From an uncultured Verrucomicrobiae bacterium (GTDB lineage Bacteria > Verrucomicrobiota > Verrucomicrobiia > Palsa-1439), in assembly GCA_963812605.1 (NCBI GenBank), contig CAWEWF010000014.1, positions 256,001 through 320,000 of the forward strand: DNA of 64,000 nt, read 5' to 3'. A program made the position numbers and the translations under genes. Shown piece by piece: positions 1 to 10,306 of this stretch. Within the stretch, counting starts at the first letter, position 1. Each line of letters starts with the position of its first letter. The notes under the pieces were generated by a model. The model ran no database searches. It saw nothing but the letters and a program-made list of their open reading frames with translations, and was not told the origin of the DNA.

Positions 1-813
1 CATGCTCTCCAGTTCAGCGCGCACGACAGTCAGGGGCGTGCGCAACTCATGGGAAGCGTCGGCGACGAAGCGCTTGGAATTCAAGAAGGCGTCCTGCAGG
101 CGTCCAATCATGTGATTCAAGGAAAGTGCAAGCCGCTCCAGTTCGTCCGCGGTCCGCGCCAGCGGCAGGCGTTCGCTCAAATTGTGCTGGGTGATCTGCT
201 CCGCCTTGCGGGCAATCTGGTCCACGGGCGCCAGCGCGCGTCCGACCAGGAGGTAGCCGCCGCCGATGGCGATGAGGACGGCGATCGGCAGTCCGAGCGC
301 CAGTTGCAAGGATAGATGATCCAGCATCGTTTCCACGGGATCAAACGGGGCGCCGACTTCAATCAGATACCGGGCACCATCTGGTGTCTGATAATTCAAA
401 GCCGCGATGAGCAGGGTAGTGTTCCCCGGTAAACGCGCCTTTTGTGAGAACTCCTTCCGTGACGACGACGCCAACGGAGGAAGATGCGTCGGATCAAAGC
501 TTTGGTCGTTGGGAATTCCCGACGCGTAAACGATATTGCCATCCCCTCGCGTGACACGAATGAAACGGTCGTTGATCTCCGGTTCGTAGAGATCTTTTAT
601 TTCGGCGGCCAGATACCCTTCGCCGGTCTGGTGAACGCGCGCCACCAACGTGTCGGCAATTTGCCGCGCCCGCCGTGCCTGTGTGTCGCGCAGGTTGCTT
701 TCGAGAAAAAACTTCAGGTCGAAATACATCAACACGGCCAGCAACACAAAGACGCCGGTCAGGAGGCCCGCATACCAGGCAATCAACCGGAATCGAATGG
801 ATCGTGTGGTCAC
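1..813 (-). CDS. Two-component sensor histidine kinase, CusS/heavy-metal type (runs off window start)
   Basis: GTG at 813 overlaps the regulator stop (GTGA). Manual translation MTTRSIRFRLIAWYAGLL... gives TM-periplasmic-TM, HAMP (DELERLALSLNHMIGRL) and H-box FVADASHELRTPL. Confidence 0.9.
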   Translation of the reverse strand, partial: MTTRSIRFRLIAWYAGLLTGVFVLLAVLMYFDLKFFLESNLRDTQARRARQIADTLVARVHQTGEGYLAAEIKDLYEPEINDRFIRVTRGDGNIVYASGIPNDQSFDPTHLPPLASSSRKEFSQKARLPGNTTLLIAALNYQTPDGARYLIEVGAPFDPVETMLDHLSLQLALGLPIAVLIAIGGGYLLVGRALAPVDQIARKAEQITQHNLSERLPLARTADELERLALSLNHMIGRLQDAFLNSKRFVADASHELRTPLTVVRAELESM

Positions 814-1490
814 GATTCGACCTCGTCTGTCAGGCAATAACCGGTCCCACGCACGGTGCGGATGAGTTTGCACTTGTGCGCTTCGTCCACCTTTTCACGA
901 AGATGGCGCACGTAAACGTCGACGATGTTCGTGAGGCCCTCGAAGCTTTCGTCCCATACGTGCTCGATAATCATCGTGCGGGAGAGCACGCGGCCCGCGT
1001 GCGAAGCCAGATATTCGAGCAACGCGTACTCCTTGGAGGTCAATTCAATCCGTTTTCCCGCCCGTCGAACTTGCTGGGTGAGGCGGTCGATTTCGAGATC
1101 GGCAACCCGCAGCACCGGGTCGCGGCCGGCGGGAGGGCGGCGCAGCAACGCCTTGACGCGCACCAGCAATTCGGCGAAGGCGAATGGCTTGGTCAGGTAA
1201 TCATCGGCGCCGGCCTCGAAATTCTCGACCTTGTCGCCGGTGGCATCGCGCGCCGTCAGCACCAGCACCGGCGCCTTGCCACCCTTTCGACGCAGGCGGC
1301 GCAGCAATTCCGTTCCATTAAGTCCCGGCAGCATCAGGTCGAGGACGATAAGATCGTAGTCAACACCCGAGGCCATTTCCCAGCCGGTGTTGCCGTCATA
1401 GGCGACATCGACGGCGAAGCGTTCAGCCCGCAGGCCGCGGGCCACCACATCGGCGACCTTTTGTTCATCTTCTATGAGTAACAAGCGCAT
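810..1490 (-). CDS. OmpR/PhoB-family response regulator (CusR/CzcR-like)
   Basis: MRLLLIEDE...LDLMLPG...GADDYLTKPF receiver domain, then winged helix (LTSKEYALLEYL, IRTVRGTGY). Confidence 0.95.
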   Translation of the reverse strand: MRLLLIEDEQKVADVVARGLRAERFAVDVAYDGNTGWEMASGVDYDLIVLDLMLPGLNGTELLRRLRRKGGKAPVLVLTARDATGDKVENFEAGADDYLTKPFAFAELLVRVKALLRRPPAGRDPVLRVADLEIDRLTQQVRRAGKRIELTSKEYALLEYLASHAGRVLSRTMIIEHVWDESFEGLTNIVDVYVRHLREKVDEAHKCKLIRTVRGTGYCLTDEVES

Positions 1491-1787
1491 GGGACCTTCG
1501 ACACATCAGCACCATCGCAGACTCACATTAAACCCCAATGAACCCCGCGTTAAAATCCATTCAGAAACTTTCATTGTTTGCCGGCTTGCGGTAAGCAGGT
1601 GTTGTCATGAAGAACCTACGGACTTATCTTTCTCTTATGGGCTCAGCACTATTATGGTCGAGTTGCGCCTACAATCAACACCGCCTTTCTGGATTCAACG
1701 AGGCGAATTCCGTGCGACTGCCTGACGGCGAAATCGTCGGTCGGCGGGCGGCGGAGTAGAATCCGTGCGCGTTGTAATTGGCGAAAG

Positions 1788-2321
1788 ATGAAGAATTCGT
1801 TCATGGCCGGGCTGGTCGCGGGCCTGTTGCCTTTGCTCGCTTCCTGTGCGGGTTCACGAGGCCCTTTGGTGATCGGTCCCGTTGGTCCGGAAACATCGAG
1901 GCGGATTGAAGCGACGCCCACGGGCTATCTCAAAGTCTACTCCGCCACGGAAGACCACAAGGACGGGAATATGCATTACTTCCCTCACACGAGTTACAGC
2001 ATTTGCACGGAAGACGGAAAGATTTTGAGGAAAGTGGCCAACGCCATCGGCGTTCATGACGAGGATCCGGCGTTGGTGGAGTTGCCAGCGGGAACATACA
2101 CCGCCCTGGCTGAGTCCAAATGTTACGGTATGGTGAAAGTCAAGGTGGTCATCGAGCGCGGAAAACTGACGACGGTCAACCTGGAGTGCAATCAACCATC
2201 CCCACGCGATCCCACCAAGAGCGTACACGATTCGGTGCGCTTGCCGAACGGCTCTGTCGTTGGTTGGCGGGCAGACGGATCGCCACAAGTGAGCGCGACT
2301 GGGTCAGCACAATTGCAGTAG
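1788..2321 (+). CDS. Hypothetical lipoprotein
   Basis: Signal with lipobox LLASC; 177 aa ORF divergent from the two-component operon. Confidence 0.7.
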   Translation: MKNSFMAGLVAGLLPLLASCAGSRGPLVIGPVGPETSRRIEATPTGYLKVYSATEDHKDGNMHYFPHTSYSICTEDGKILRKVANAIGVHDEDPALVELPAGTYTALAESKCYGMVKVKVVIERGKLTTVNLECNQPSPRDPTKSVHDSVRLPNGSVVGWRADGSPQVSATGSAQLQ

Positions 2322-2360
2322 GGGCCGGCCTTTGATCCTTCAGCGATGCCGGCAGCATTT

Positions 2361-3719
2361 CTACGCAGTACTGCTCCTCGAAACTGTTTCGATGCGAATG
2401 CGGCTTAGCAACAACACCAATATTTCGAGAGTAACAAAGTGCATCATGCAATTCCACAGTACCACGGCATCCGGTGCGACGTTCTGCTTGAGGCTTGGGA
2501 TCAAAGACCAGGTTCCCGCAGTGATAACCGCCGCACAAGTCCCCCAGCGCCGGTTCATCACCGAGGCGAGGACAGCGCAAGGAATCAAATAAAACGGTGC
2601 GACGGAGACATGGGGAGGAGTGAGATAGGCCAGGACCGCCACGTTCGTCAAAATGGCGTAACTCACCAACACCGTAACCCAGTTTTCGGAAAATTCCCGC
2701 CAGAGGGAAGGGCGAGTTGACAGCGTTGCCATTTGCCCGGCGCGAAACCAGTCTTTCAATTCACGATAGGTCCGCAGCCAGGCCAAGGGCAGGAATTCGA
2801 AGAGCGCACGTTTAATGTTGTGCATGGTCCAAAGGAGCTTCCCGGTCATTTTGCAGTAGAGACGCTCGGCCAGAGTGGGTTCCGGGTGGGTGGACAACTC
2901 GTGGTTTACGTCGAAGCCTTCCCTTCGCAACCGAATCCAGCGCGTCTGAAAGCGCTGCAGTTTCTCCACAATGCCCAGATCGACCACTTCGTTGGGGAAT
3001 TCCCGGCGTTCGATGATGCCCCGACGCAGGTGCTCGTGATGTGGCGCCAGGTGAACGGCTGAAAAATCGGCCGTGCGGAGATCCAGCATTTTTCCGTCAA
3101 ATTCGATCCCCAAGAACTCGCAGAGGCCCCGGCAGACTTCCTCGGTCTTGTCGACCAGGTCGGGGTACGTCACGTTGTGCACCCGGAATCCTGCGCGCTT
3201 CAAATCGACGGCGTGCTGGGTCATTTCCTCCTGATGGAAAATCATTTTCGTCAACCAGCCCTTGCGACGGAAAAAAGGCGCCCTGCGTCCAGCTTGTGCG
3301 ACACTTCGATAGATCTCTACGGGGTCGCGCCAAACCAAAATAAAGCGGGCGTTGGGGAAGTGCTTGGCCAACTGCCGCAACCGCGCGCAGTACATGGGCG
3401 ACTTTTCCCCATAAAGAGCGGCGCCTTTGCCCTGGCTGAATGTGCGATACACGTCCAAGGGGATCTTCACGCTCTCCAGCCCGCGCAAACTGCCTTTCAA
3501 GACCAGCCGATGACGCGCGAGCGCGTGGCTGAAGAACTCTTGTCGTTCGAGCCAATTGCCGCGAAACCGCTCGGCGGAAAGGACTTCTGGAAAGTCCCAG
3601 ACGTTCCACTCGTACATCAAAGCCACTTGCGGATGCTGGTTGAGCAGGGAATACAACAACGACGTTCCTGATCGAAAGAAGCCCACGACAAAGACCGGGT
3701 CTGAAGAATTTGAACTCAT
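2361..3719 (-). CDS. Sulfotransferase (Sulfotransfer_3-like) with C-terminal multi-TM domain
   Basis: PAPS loop VFVVGFFRSGTSLL, GEKSP, ARFILVWRDP; last ~110 aa form about four hydrophobic helices. Confidence 0.8.
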   Translation of the reverse strand: MSSNSSDPVFVVGFFRSGTSLLYSLLNQHPQVALMYEWNVWDFPEVLSAERFRGNWLERQEFFSHALARHRLVLKGSLRGLESVKIPLDVYRTFSQGKGAALYGEKSPMYCARLRQLAKHFPNARFILVWRDPVEIYRSVAQAGRRAPFFRRKGWLTKMIFHQEEMTQHAVDLKRAGFRVHNVTYPDLVDKTEEVCRGLCEFLGIEFDGKMLDLRTADFSAVHLAPHHEHLRRGIIERREFPNEVVDLGIVEKLQRFQTRWIRLRREGFDVNHELSTHPEPTLAERLYCKMTGKLLWTMHNIKRALFEFLPLAWLRTYRELKDWFRAGQMATLSTRPSLWREFSENWVTVLVSYAILTNVAVLAYLTPPHVSVAPFYLIPCAVLASVMNRRWGTCAAVITAGTWSLIPSLKQNVAPDAVVLWNCMMHFVTLEILVLLLSRIRIETVSRSSTA

Positions 3720-3970
3720 GCTTTACGATCCCATGCTAAATGTTAAAGCCGAACTCAATTGTGTCAAGATTATATCAGCATTGACGGATACTTTAACGGA
3801 GGGACGGTCGAATGGCAAGTTCGTTGGTCTCGTGCGGGGATGTATTGAGCGCAATTGGGCGGCATGGGGCGCAGTGGGCCCCGTCCGCAGGGGGTCCCCG
3901 TTTGTCTCTTCCCGGCGCGGCCCCCAATTTTGCCCGGACAACCGCCACCGCGCGGTTGCCTGGACGTTAG

Positions 3971-4015
3971 CTCACTTCATCCTGAATCGCGTCATTGTGG
4001 CACGAGGAGTGACAA
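3971..4015 (+). repeat. att-like motif, copy A (ctcacttcatcctgaatcgcgtcattgtggcacgaggagtgacaa)
   Basis: Ungapped 38/45 match to 6470-6514. Confidence 0.75.
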
Positions 4016-4069
4016 CTTTTCAGAAATGACGAAGAACCACTCGGACGGTGGCAGCCCCAATTTGGTTCC

Positions 4070-5744
4070 TTAGTTGAATGCAGCCACTTCGTAATAGTAC
4101 GTCGTCGAGGGATGCAGACCCGTATCCGTGTAGGTGGTCACGTTCGCCCCCACGGTGCCAATGACGCTCCAGGGCCCACCAGGCGATGTGGCCCGCGAGA
4201 TTTGAAATCCCGGTTTCATTATCCGAGTTGTCCTGCCAGGTGAGGGTGATGGATTTGGGCGTCACCACCATTGTCGCCAGATTCGAAGGCGGGGTGGGAG
4301 GTGACGACGGGGGGGGTGACGGCACAGGCGGGGACGGCACAGGAGGTGTCGGCGCGGGCGAAAGTGTCGTCGCACAGGTTGCGGGACTGGCCGACGAGTT
4401 GTTTCCCGCGTTGCCGTAGGCGACAATCGTGTAGCAGTACAATGTGGCAGCCGACAAATCGCTGTCGCCGTAGCTGGTCGCGGTCGTCGTGGTGACCAGG
4501 GTGCCGTTGCGGTAGACTTGGTAACCAGCCAGACCGGAGCCGGTCGAGGCATTCCAACTTACGCTGACTTGGGATATCGAAGTGGCGGTCGCGATGACCC
4601 CGCTCGGGATTGATAGCGGGGTGTAATTCGTGTTGACCAAGGTCTCTCCATTCGCCTCGTTCGAGTAAAGCGAGTAGCCCGTGCTGTTGTAGGCGCGGAG
4701 GCGATAATAATAAACCGTCGCGTCGGACAACCCCGAGTCCGCATAAGTCGTCGAGTTGGTGATACTGATGGGAATCCATGGCCCGTTTGGTGTCGGGCTC
4801 CGCTCAATCTTAAAGCCGGCGGCACCCGCCGCGCTGTAAGACCAAGCCAGGTCGATGGTGTTAAACGTGTCCGCAGGAGCGCTGAGGTCTGCTGGCGCCG
4901 GCAATTCAGGCCCGGCTTTTTTCGGCACGCCATAATTGTAAAGGAGCACGCTATTGGTCTGGTTGCAGGTACTAACCGTGACCTGAAGCATGCGGGCGTC
5001 CGGTCCCATGGTCAGGCAAAAATCGGTGGCGGTCGAAAAGTAGGGCGTTCCAATGACCAGCACATCAGTCGGGTTCCCGCCCACAGGGTCAACCGACACA
5101 TTCACAGGGCCACAGGAAGGGTCGCTCGCAGCATTCAGAATGTTCACTTGGAAGCAAACCGTATCGCCCGCATAATGCAACACCATCGTGCTGGATTTGA
5201 CTTCGCTGACCATGACGACCGTATCGGAGGACGGGAGAGTCGGCACGAGCGCCTTCAACTGTTGACCGAAAGTTACCGCACTTAACATTGCCTTCAAGGC
5301 CGCGCTGTCCGTGACGCCGGGGTTGCCCACCGCAGCCTCGGCCTTTAGAAGTTGGCTCTGGAAGCGGGAAAGGCTTTTCTGCAGCGTCTTGCTCGTATTC
5401 CCCAGTGCGACGGTCATGTCGGGCGACTGTACTGTTGCCACGAGGCCGTCCGCAAAGTCGAGGGTCAGGCCAAGCTGCGCTGAGGCGATTGTCCGTCTGG
5501 ATTGCGCCACACTAACCGCCGCTTCCGTCAGGCTGTCCAGCAGCGGGCACAATTGCGCTTCGATGTCCCCGGCGGCATTGGTGGTGGTGTCCGCGCGGAC
5601 CACTGCGGCCCCCAATAGATTGAAAGCGATCAGGAGTGAAAGCAATCCACAGCGATGAAAAAAGCCGCTCAGAAACGACGTTCTGGCGCTTGCATCTACA
5701 GCTACTTTCGACAACCCTTGGAAACGATCTTTTACAACCTCCAC
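4070..5744 (-). CDS. Secreted fibronectin type III repeat protein (one +1 frameshift near 4211)
   Basis: Three FN3 domains (IDLAWS...YYYRLRAYN; VSVSWN...YCYTIVAY; ITLTWQDNSDNETG). Removing one G restores FQISRATSPGGPWSVIGTV...YYYEVAAFN* ending at 4070. Pro-rich linker. Start uncertain. Confidence 0.8.
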
Positions 5745-5790
5745 TACGAATTCCCCCTATACCTATCCTAAACTTGCGGAGGGGACGAAC

Positions 5791-5805
5791 GCAGACGCTG
5801 TGCCA
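5791..5805 (-). promoter_or_regulatory. Putative sigma-54 (-24/-12) promoter of the FN3 gene
   Basis: Minus strand TGGCACAGCGTCTGC fits TGGCAC-N5-TTGC with GG-N10-GC spacing. Confidence 0.4.
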
Positions 5806-6090
5806 GTACCCTCTCGACACGGGGGATTTGCTCAATCCGGGGCGGAACTCTTGCTCGAGATAGCCCGTTATCTTACGGGTTCTCCCAAAAGTTGGCAGAC
5901 TTGTATGCCAGCACTTTTCTACCTTGTCTGGCTATACACCGAGTAGTCGCATACCCATCAGCGACACCACTTTTTAATTACGACTGATGGCTAAACAAAT
6001 TTACAAACCGTGTCGCGCACAGCCATGGATTGCTTGATCGGTGGCAACTTTCTTTCCACCCCATGAAAACTTTCCTGACACATTTTCCCA

Positions 6091-6258
6091 GATCCTGTCT
6101 CCTCCAGAATCGGGGCCAGACCGCCCCCGGTGTAGCCGCGCCTCTGTGAGGCGCATGATCCGGTCTCCTCCAGAATCAGGACCAGACCGCCCCCGGTGTA
6201 GCCGCGCCTCTGTGAGGCGCGTGATCCGGTCTCCTCCGGAATCGGGGTCAGGCTGCCC
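6091..6258. repeat. 66-bp tandem repeat (~2.5 copies) containing GTAG-type REP palindrome GTAGCCGCGCCTCTGTGAGGCGC
   Basis: Units start at 6091, 6157 and 6223; the same palindrome recurs alone at 56710-56738. Confidence 0.9.
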
Positions 6259-6340
6259 GTCGAGCGCACCGGCCGGGCGCGCGTTGCCGAAAATTTGGTT
6301 CAGAAGGGTACGGCGCGGTGGGATCGACGATTTGAATTGT

Positions 6341-6377
6341 GCCAGGGTAGCTCAGTGGTAGAGCAGGGGGCTCATAA
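6341..6377 (+). pseudogene. 5'-half duplicate of the CAT tRNA (att-site-like fragment)
   Basis: 36/37 identity to 8784-8820, ending exactly at the end of the anticodon loop (CTCATAA). Confidence 0.85.
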
Positions 6378-6469
6378 TTCTAAAGGGCATTTTTCTCCCA
6401 TTTCGTCTGGTGTGTGCCTCTATCATCTAAGGCAGTCAAAGTAAGCCTTGCACGGAAATCGCACTTCAT

Positions 6470-6527
6470 CTCACTTAATCCCAAATCGCCGCATTTTCGC
6501 ACGAGGAGTGACAAGTTAGAGTGACAA
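6470..6527 (+). repeat. att-like motif, copy B, with tandem GAGTGACAA direct repeats (possible integrase arm sites)
   Basis: gcacgagGAGTGACAAgttaGAGTGACAAg, about 90-150 bp after the tRNA fragment; matches 3971-4015. Confidence 0.7.
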
Positions 6528-6568
6528 GTTTTTTATCCGAACCGATGTTTCGGACTACTGAGTCCACG

Positions 6569-8329
6569 TTACTGTATACCAACCCGGTAAAAATATGGAC
6601 CGCCGTTGGTAACCGTCATATCCGAGTAGGCCGTCGATCCGGCTTGGCCGACGATGTTGCTTTCAATGCTCTGAAACGCAGACTGCCCGATCAGGCTGGT
6701 ACTTCTCTGGAGATAGTAGGTTCGAGTATTGACGCTTTGCCAACTCACGGTCCAGCCAGACTGATTGTTCGTCGGAGTCAGTGATAGAATCTTCAACACC
6801 GATAGTGAGTTCGTGGGATCCGTCCCTGCAATCCATTCCTGCCAATTGTTCATCCCGTCTCCGTCGGTGTCCGCATAATCGGCGCTTCCGTCTACGGCTA
6901 ATCCGTATTGCTCAAGCCAAGCGTAAGAGATAATTGACGTGGGCGTTTGATATTCGTAAGCGCCAATGTCCACGGTCCCACCCACGATTCGGGGTAAACC
7001 TGCTAAATCGGTACTGGTATACACCGCTGTGTTGTCCCCAGCGTTGATGCACGGCGAATTCGGCAGTAGTTGAAATCCCGCGCCGAAGAGTGGCGCATTC
7101 GTGATATTTCTCGTTACGCCCAGATCTGGTGTGCAGCAAGAATGAATATTACCCGGGGTGGATGAACTGTTATTCGGTGCTGAGGATGCGGTATTGTAAT
7201 AATTAATACAATTGACTAGGCCGGACTCATATTCGCCACCTCCGGTCTCACTCGCATTATTTCCGGTAATTGTGCAGTTGTGAAGCTGCGCGTAGTACGC
7301 ACCGCCGCCGTAACCTGCTGAATTACTTACGACCAAACAATTGAATAAATTGCCACCGCTGGTGCCGCCCCCATCTGACGCAAAATTCCCCCTAATTATG
7401 CAATTGACCATGGTTAGATCGTCACCATTTCCCCCTCCACCGAATCCAGAACCATTACCTGACAGCACCGAGTTGGACACCGAACCCCCAAGTACGCCTC
7501 CACCGCTGTAACTTGAGGAGTTACCGGCGAAGATACAATTACTCGAAACACTCTCGTAAGCACCGCCGCCCCCGTAAGACGCAGAATTCCCTGTAATTGT
7601 GCAATTGTTCAGTATGCACGTGTTGGCGCCTCCACCTGCTGCACCGGCCCCATTCGCCCGATTGCTGTTCACCGTACAATTATTCAGTGTGCAGTAGATT
7701 GCGCCGCCCCCGCTCGTGCTTCCGGTCATGCTACCACACGTCACATTGGCTGTTAACGTACAGTTGTTAAGTATCGAATCGTACGCGCCGCCACCGCTTG
7801 CCGTGCACACGTTCAGGGCCAAAGTGCAATTGCTAAGCGTGCCCGAATAGGCACCCCCTCCGGAAGATGCCGTGTTACTGACGAGCAGACAGCCCGACAC
7901 CAATGCGTTTGTAGACGCACACCAGACCACCGCACCTCCGCCCGTGAATCCGTTGGTCAAACTGAAACCCGTTAGTGCTGCGCCGTCAGCCAAATACACG
8001 CACCGCATTGCGTGACCGCCATTTATCAATGTTGCGGTCGGCCCATTTACGCTTTGCAAACTAATCGAATTGGTTACGGCAACACGGTTGGTTGTCCCGT
8101 CGTTCACCAGTCTAAAGCCAGTTTGGTAAACACCATTAGTCACGACCACTTGGTCGCCTGAATTGGCAGAGTCAACTGCATCCTGAATGTTCGTTGCTGC
8201 GGTGCTCCAACTTCCGTAGGGTGGCACGGGATTGGCGCTATTCAAATTCACATAGTGAATTGCTGCCTGAGTAGCTATGACCTGTAATGCCAGAAGCGCT
8301 GCCGCTAAATGTGGCCATTGAACTTTCAT
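6569..8329 (-). CDS. Secreted parallel beta-helix repeat protein (GGGA/NCT repeats, choice-of-anchor Q-like C-terminal region)
   Basis: Signal peptide, PPYGSWSTAATNIQDAVD, many GGGA-Y...L-NC-GN repeats, SPCINAG...VDIGAYE, DTDGDGMNNWQEWIAGTDP; AT-richer than the flanks. Confidence 0.85.
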   Translation of the reverse strand: MKVQWPHLAAALLALQVIATQAAIHYVNLNSANPVPPYGSWSTAATNIQDAVDSANSGDQVVVTNGVYQTGFRLVNDGTTNRVAVTNSISLQSVNGPTATLINGGHAMRCVYLADGAALTGFSLTNGFTGGGAVVWCASTNALVSGCLLVSNTASSGGGAYSGTLSNCTLALNVCTASGGGAYDSILNNCTLTANVTCGSMTGSTSGGGAIYCTLNNCTVNSNRANGAGAAGGGANTCILNNCTITGNSASYGGGGAYESVSSNCIFAGNSSSYSGGGVLGGSVSNSVLSGNGSGFGGGGNGDDLTMVNCIIRGNFASDGGGTSGGNLFNCLVVSNSAGYGGGAYYAQLHNCTITGNNASETGGGEYESGLVNCINYYNTASSAPNNSSSTPGNIHSCCTPDLGVTRNITNAPLFGAGFQLLPNSPCINAGDNTAVYTSTDLAGLPRIVGGTVDIGAYEYQTPTSIISYAWLEQYGLAVDGSADYADTDGDGMNNWQEWIAGTDPTNSLSVLKILSLTPTNNQSGWTVSWQSVNTRTYYLQRSTSLIGQSAFQSIESNIVGQAGSTAYSDMTVTNGGPYFYRVGIQ

Positions 8330-8553
8330 GTGGCGCTCTCGCAAAGCCATAACATTTAACCTGCCTTTCCTTCCAAATACAAGAACCAACCGCGACAGTC
8401 ATTAGCGGAACGAAAGAGACACAGGGGCAGGGTGCCGCCCAAGTTTCCCTTTCGACTCCTTTCCCCCGACCCGCTCCACGATGCAGATGGATCGACCTGG
8501 ACTTCATGCCTGCTTGTGTTGAGTTTTAGATGCATATTGCAGGGAAAGGAACG

Positions 8554-8588
8554 AACGTCCAACGTCAAACGCTCAACTTTCAACGCCC
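8554..8588. repeat. Degenerate heptamer tandem repeat (AACGYYC x5)
   Basis: aacgtcc aacgtca aacgctc aactttc aacgccc. Confidence 0.7.
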
Positions 8589-8783
8589 AAGTCAGGAGGA
8601 AGAGGCGGAAGGGAATTCTGGTTCGCTGGAGACGCGGAGGAAAGGGAAAAGCAATCGGCGGTCCCTTCGGTCCGACTCAGGGCGGGCGCCGACCGCCGCT
8701 CCACCGGCAGGAGCCGAGGAGTTGGAAAAAGGCAGTTGAAATTTCCGGGCGGGTCGCTAATCATGCGGCTCTTCCACCACAGT

Positions 8784-8858
8784 GCCAGGGTAGCTCAGTG
8801 GTAGAGCAGGGGACTCATAAGCCCTTGGTCGGGAGTTCAACTCTCCCCCCTGGCACCA
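8784..8858 (+). tRNA. tRNA with CAT anticodon (elongator Met or Ile2; not initiator)
   Basis: Acceptor stem GCCAGGG/CCCTGGC, D arm GCTC/GAGC, loop CTCATAA, TTCAA T-loop, encoded CCA, paired G1-C72; TTGAAA at 8736 as candidate -35. Confidence 0.95.
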
Positions 8859-8865
8859 TTTTTCT

Positions 8866-10306
8866 TCTATATCGGCGTAATCGCGAAAGTTGCGAAGCGT
8901 AAGACCGGCGGCGCTGCTTCAGCCATCCTTTGTAGCGAAGGTCATCCCACATCGTGAAACGCCTGTTGTGAAGCATTTGTTTTCGCCGGGCCGGGGAGAC
9001 GTCCAGTTCTTCCATCCACTGGACGAGGCGGCGGAAAAGTTCCTGGGCTGGTGCGGGGTGCTTCGCGATCACGTTGTGCTCGTGCCGCGGATCGGTCGGG
9101 ACGTGAAACAGTTCCGAGCCTTCCAGTCCGCGCACGGGCGAGTACACCAAAGCCCATTCGTCCGTCCAAACGCTCAGGCAACCGACGCGACCCTTGTGCG
9201 GATGGCAGCCGCCGACGGCGAATTTTTGCGGACTGGGCTGGCCGCCGAGCATCGGGACCAGAGAATGCCCCTGGTTCCACGGCACCGCCGGGATTCCCGC
9301 CAAGTCCAGAACGGTGGCGTACAAATCGGGCGGTTGGGTCAGTCCGTGAATCGTTTTCCCGGCACCCAGCGCTTTCGGGTGACGGATCAAGCAAGGGGAT
9401 GTGGCCGAGTTCCTCGTAGATCTTAAGGGGTTCTTTGCCGCGCAACGGTTTCCCGATAAGCCCGTGTTCGCCCAGATAATAACCGTGGTCGGAGCAGAAG
9501 AGGATCGCGGTATCGTCCTGCAATTTTTTCTCGCGCAGTGTCGCGAGAAGCTGGCCCATCCAGAAATCGATCTGCGTGACCTCGGCTTTGTAAAGGCTGC
9601 GCATGTTCTCGATGTCCGCGGCGGGATACTGCGAGGCGTCACCCGATTTCGGCCAGAAGACGGCATCGCCTGTGCTTATTCCAAGGGTAGGGCTTGAGGA
9701 ATTCGCCGGGGGCGTCCCAAGGCTCATGCGGGTCGAAGGCGTCTATCCACAGGAAAAACTTTTCGGGCGGGTCGCTCCAGCCATTCCATCGACGAACGGA
9801 AAACCGTGGCGGTCGTATTCGTGCCCTGTTGTTGGTACCAGTAGGCGTTCCGCCGATAGCGTTCGAGTCGATGCGGTGGCGGCTCCAGTTTTTCAGGCAT
9901 ACAGGGCAAATCAATCATCGGCGCGGACGCCGGTTGAAAGGGATCGTGGCACTGGCCGGGCACGTTCTTGACGAAATCAAACCCGCGCTCGAACCCAAAG
10001 TGGTCTTCGAAGAGGTGAAGGTTGTCGGCGATCAGGGCGGTGGTGAATCCGTGCTGCTTGAAGACCTGCGAAAGGACCGGGGAATTCGTAGGGCAGTTTC
10101 CCCCAGTTATAGAGCGGGAAGGTGTAGCGGCCAGTGAAGACTTCGATGCGGTTGACGAGGGTCGGGAACGAGCACAGCCAGAAATCGGCGAACACGGCGC
10201 TTTCGCGGGCGAACTGATCCAATTGGGGAGTCGAGACTGGTTGCTGCCCGAGAAAGCCGAGATGGTCGAACCGGAAAGTGTCCGAGCAGATGACGATGAC
10301 GTTCAT
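8866..10306 (-). CDS. Sulfatase/alkaline-phosphatase-superfamily hydrolase or transferase (several frameshifts; 3' end approximate)
   Basis: [25 protein letters not shown]...[41 protein letters not shown], spread over four or more overlapping ORFs. Confidence 0.8.

Noticed and set aside
6091-6258. CRISPR array
   Set aside because: The sequences between the palindromes are near-identical rather than unique spacers, there are only 2.5 units, and no cas genes are present.
6341-6420. Second functional tRNA or intron-split tRNA
   Set aside because: No T arm or 3' acceptor strand follows, the downstream tRNA is complete on its own, and no group I intron core is evident.
3971-6527. Integron attC sites
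   Set aside because: No RYYYAAC/GTTRRRY ends, no long imperfect palindrome and no intI gene; treated as att/arm-like motifs instead.
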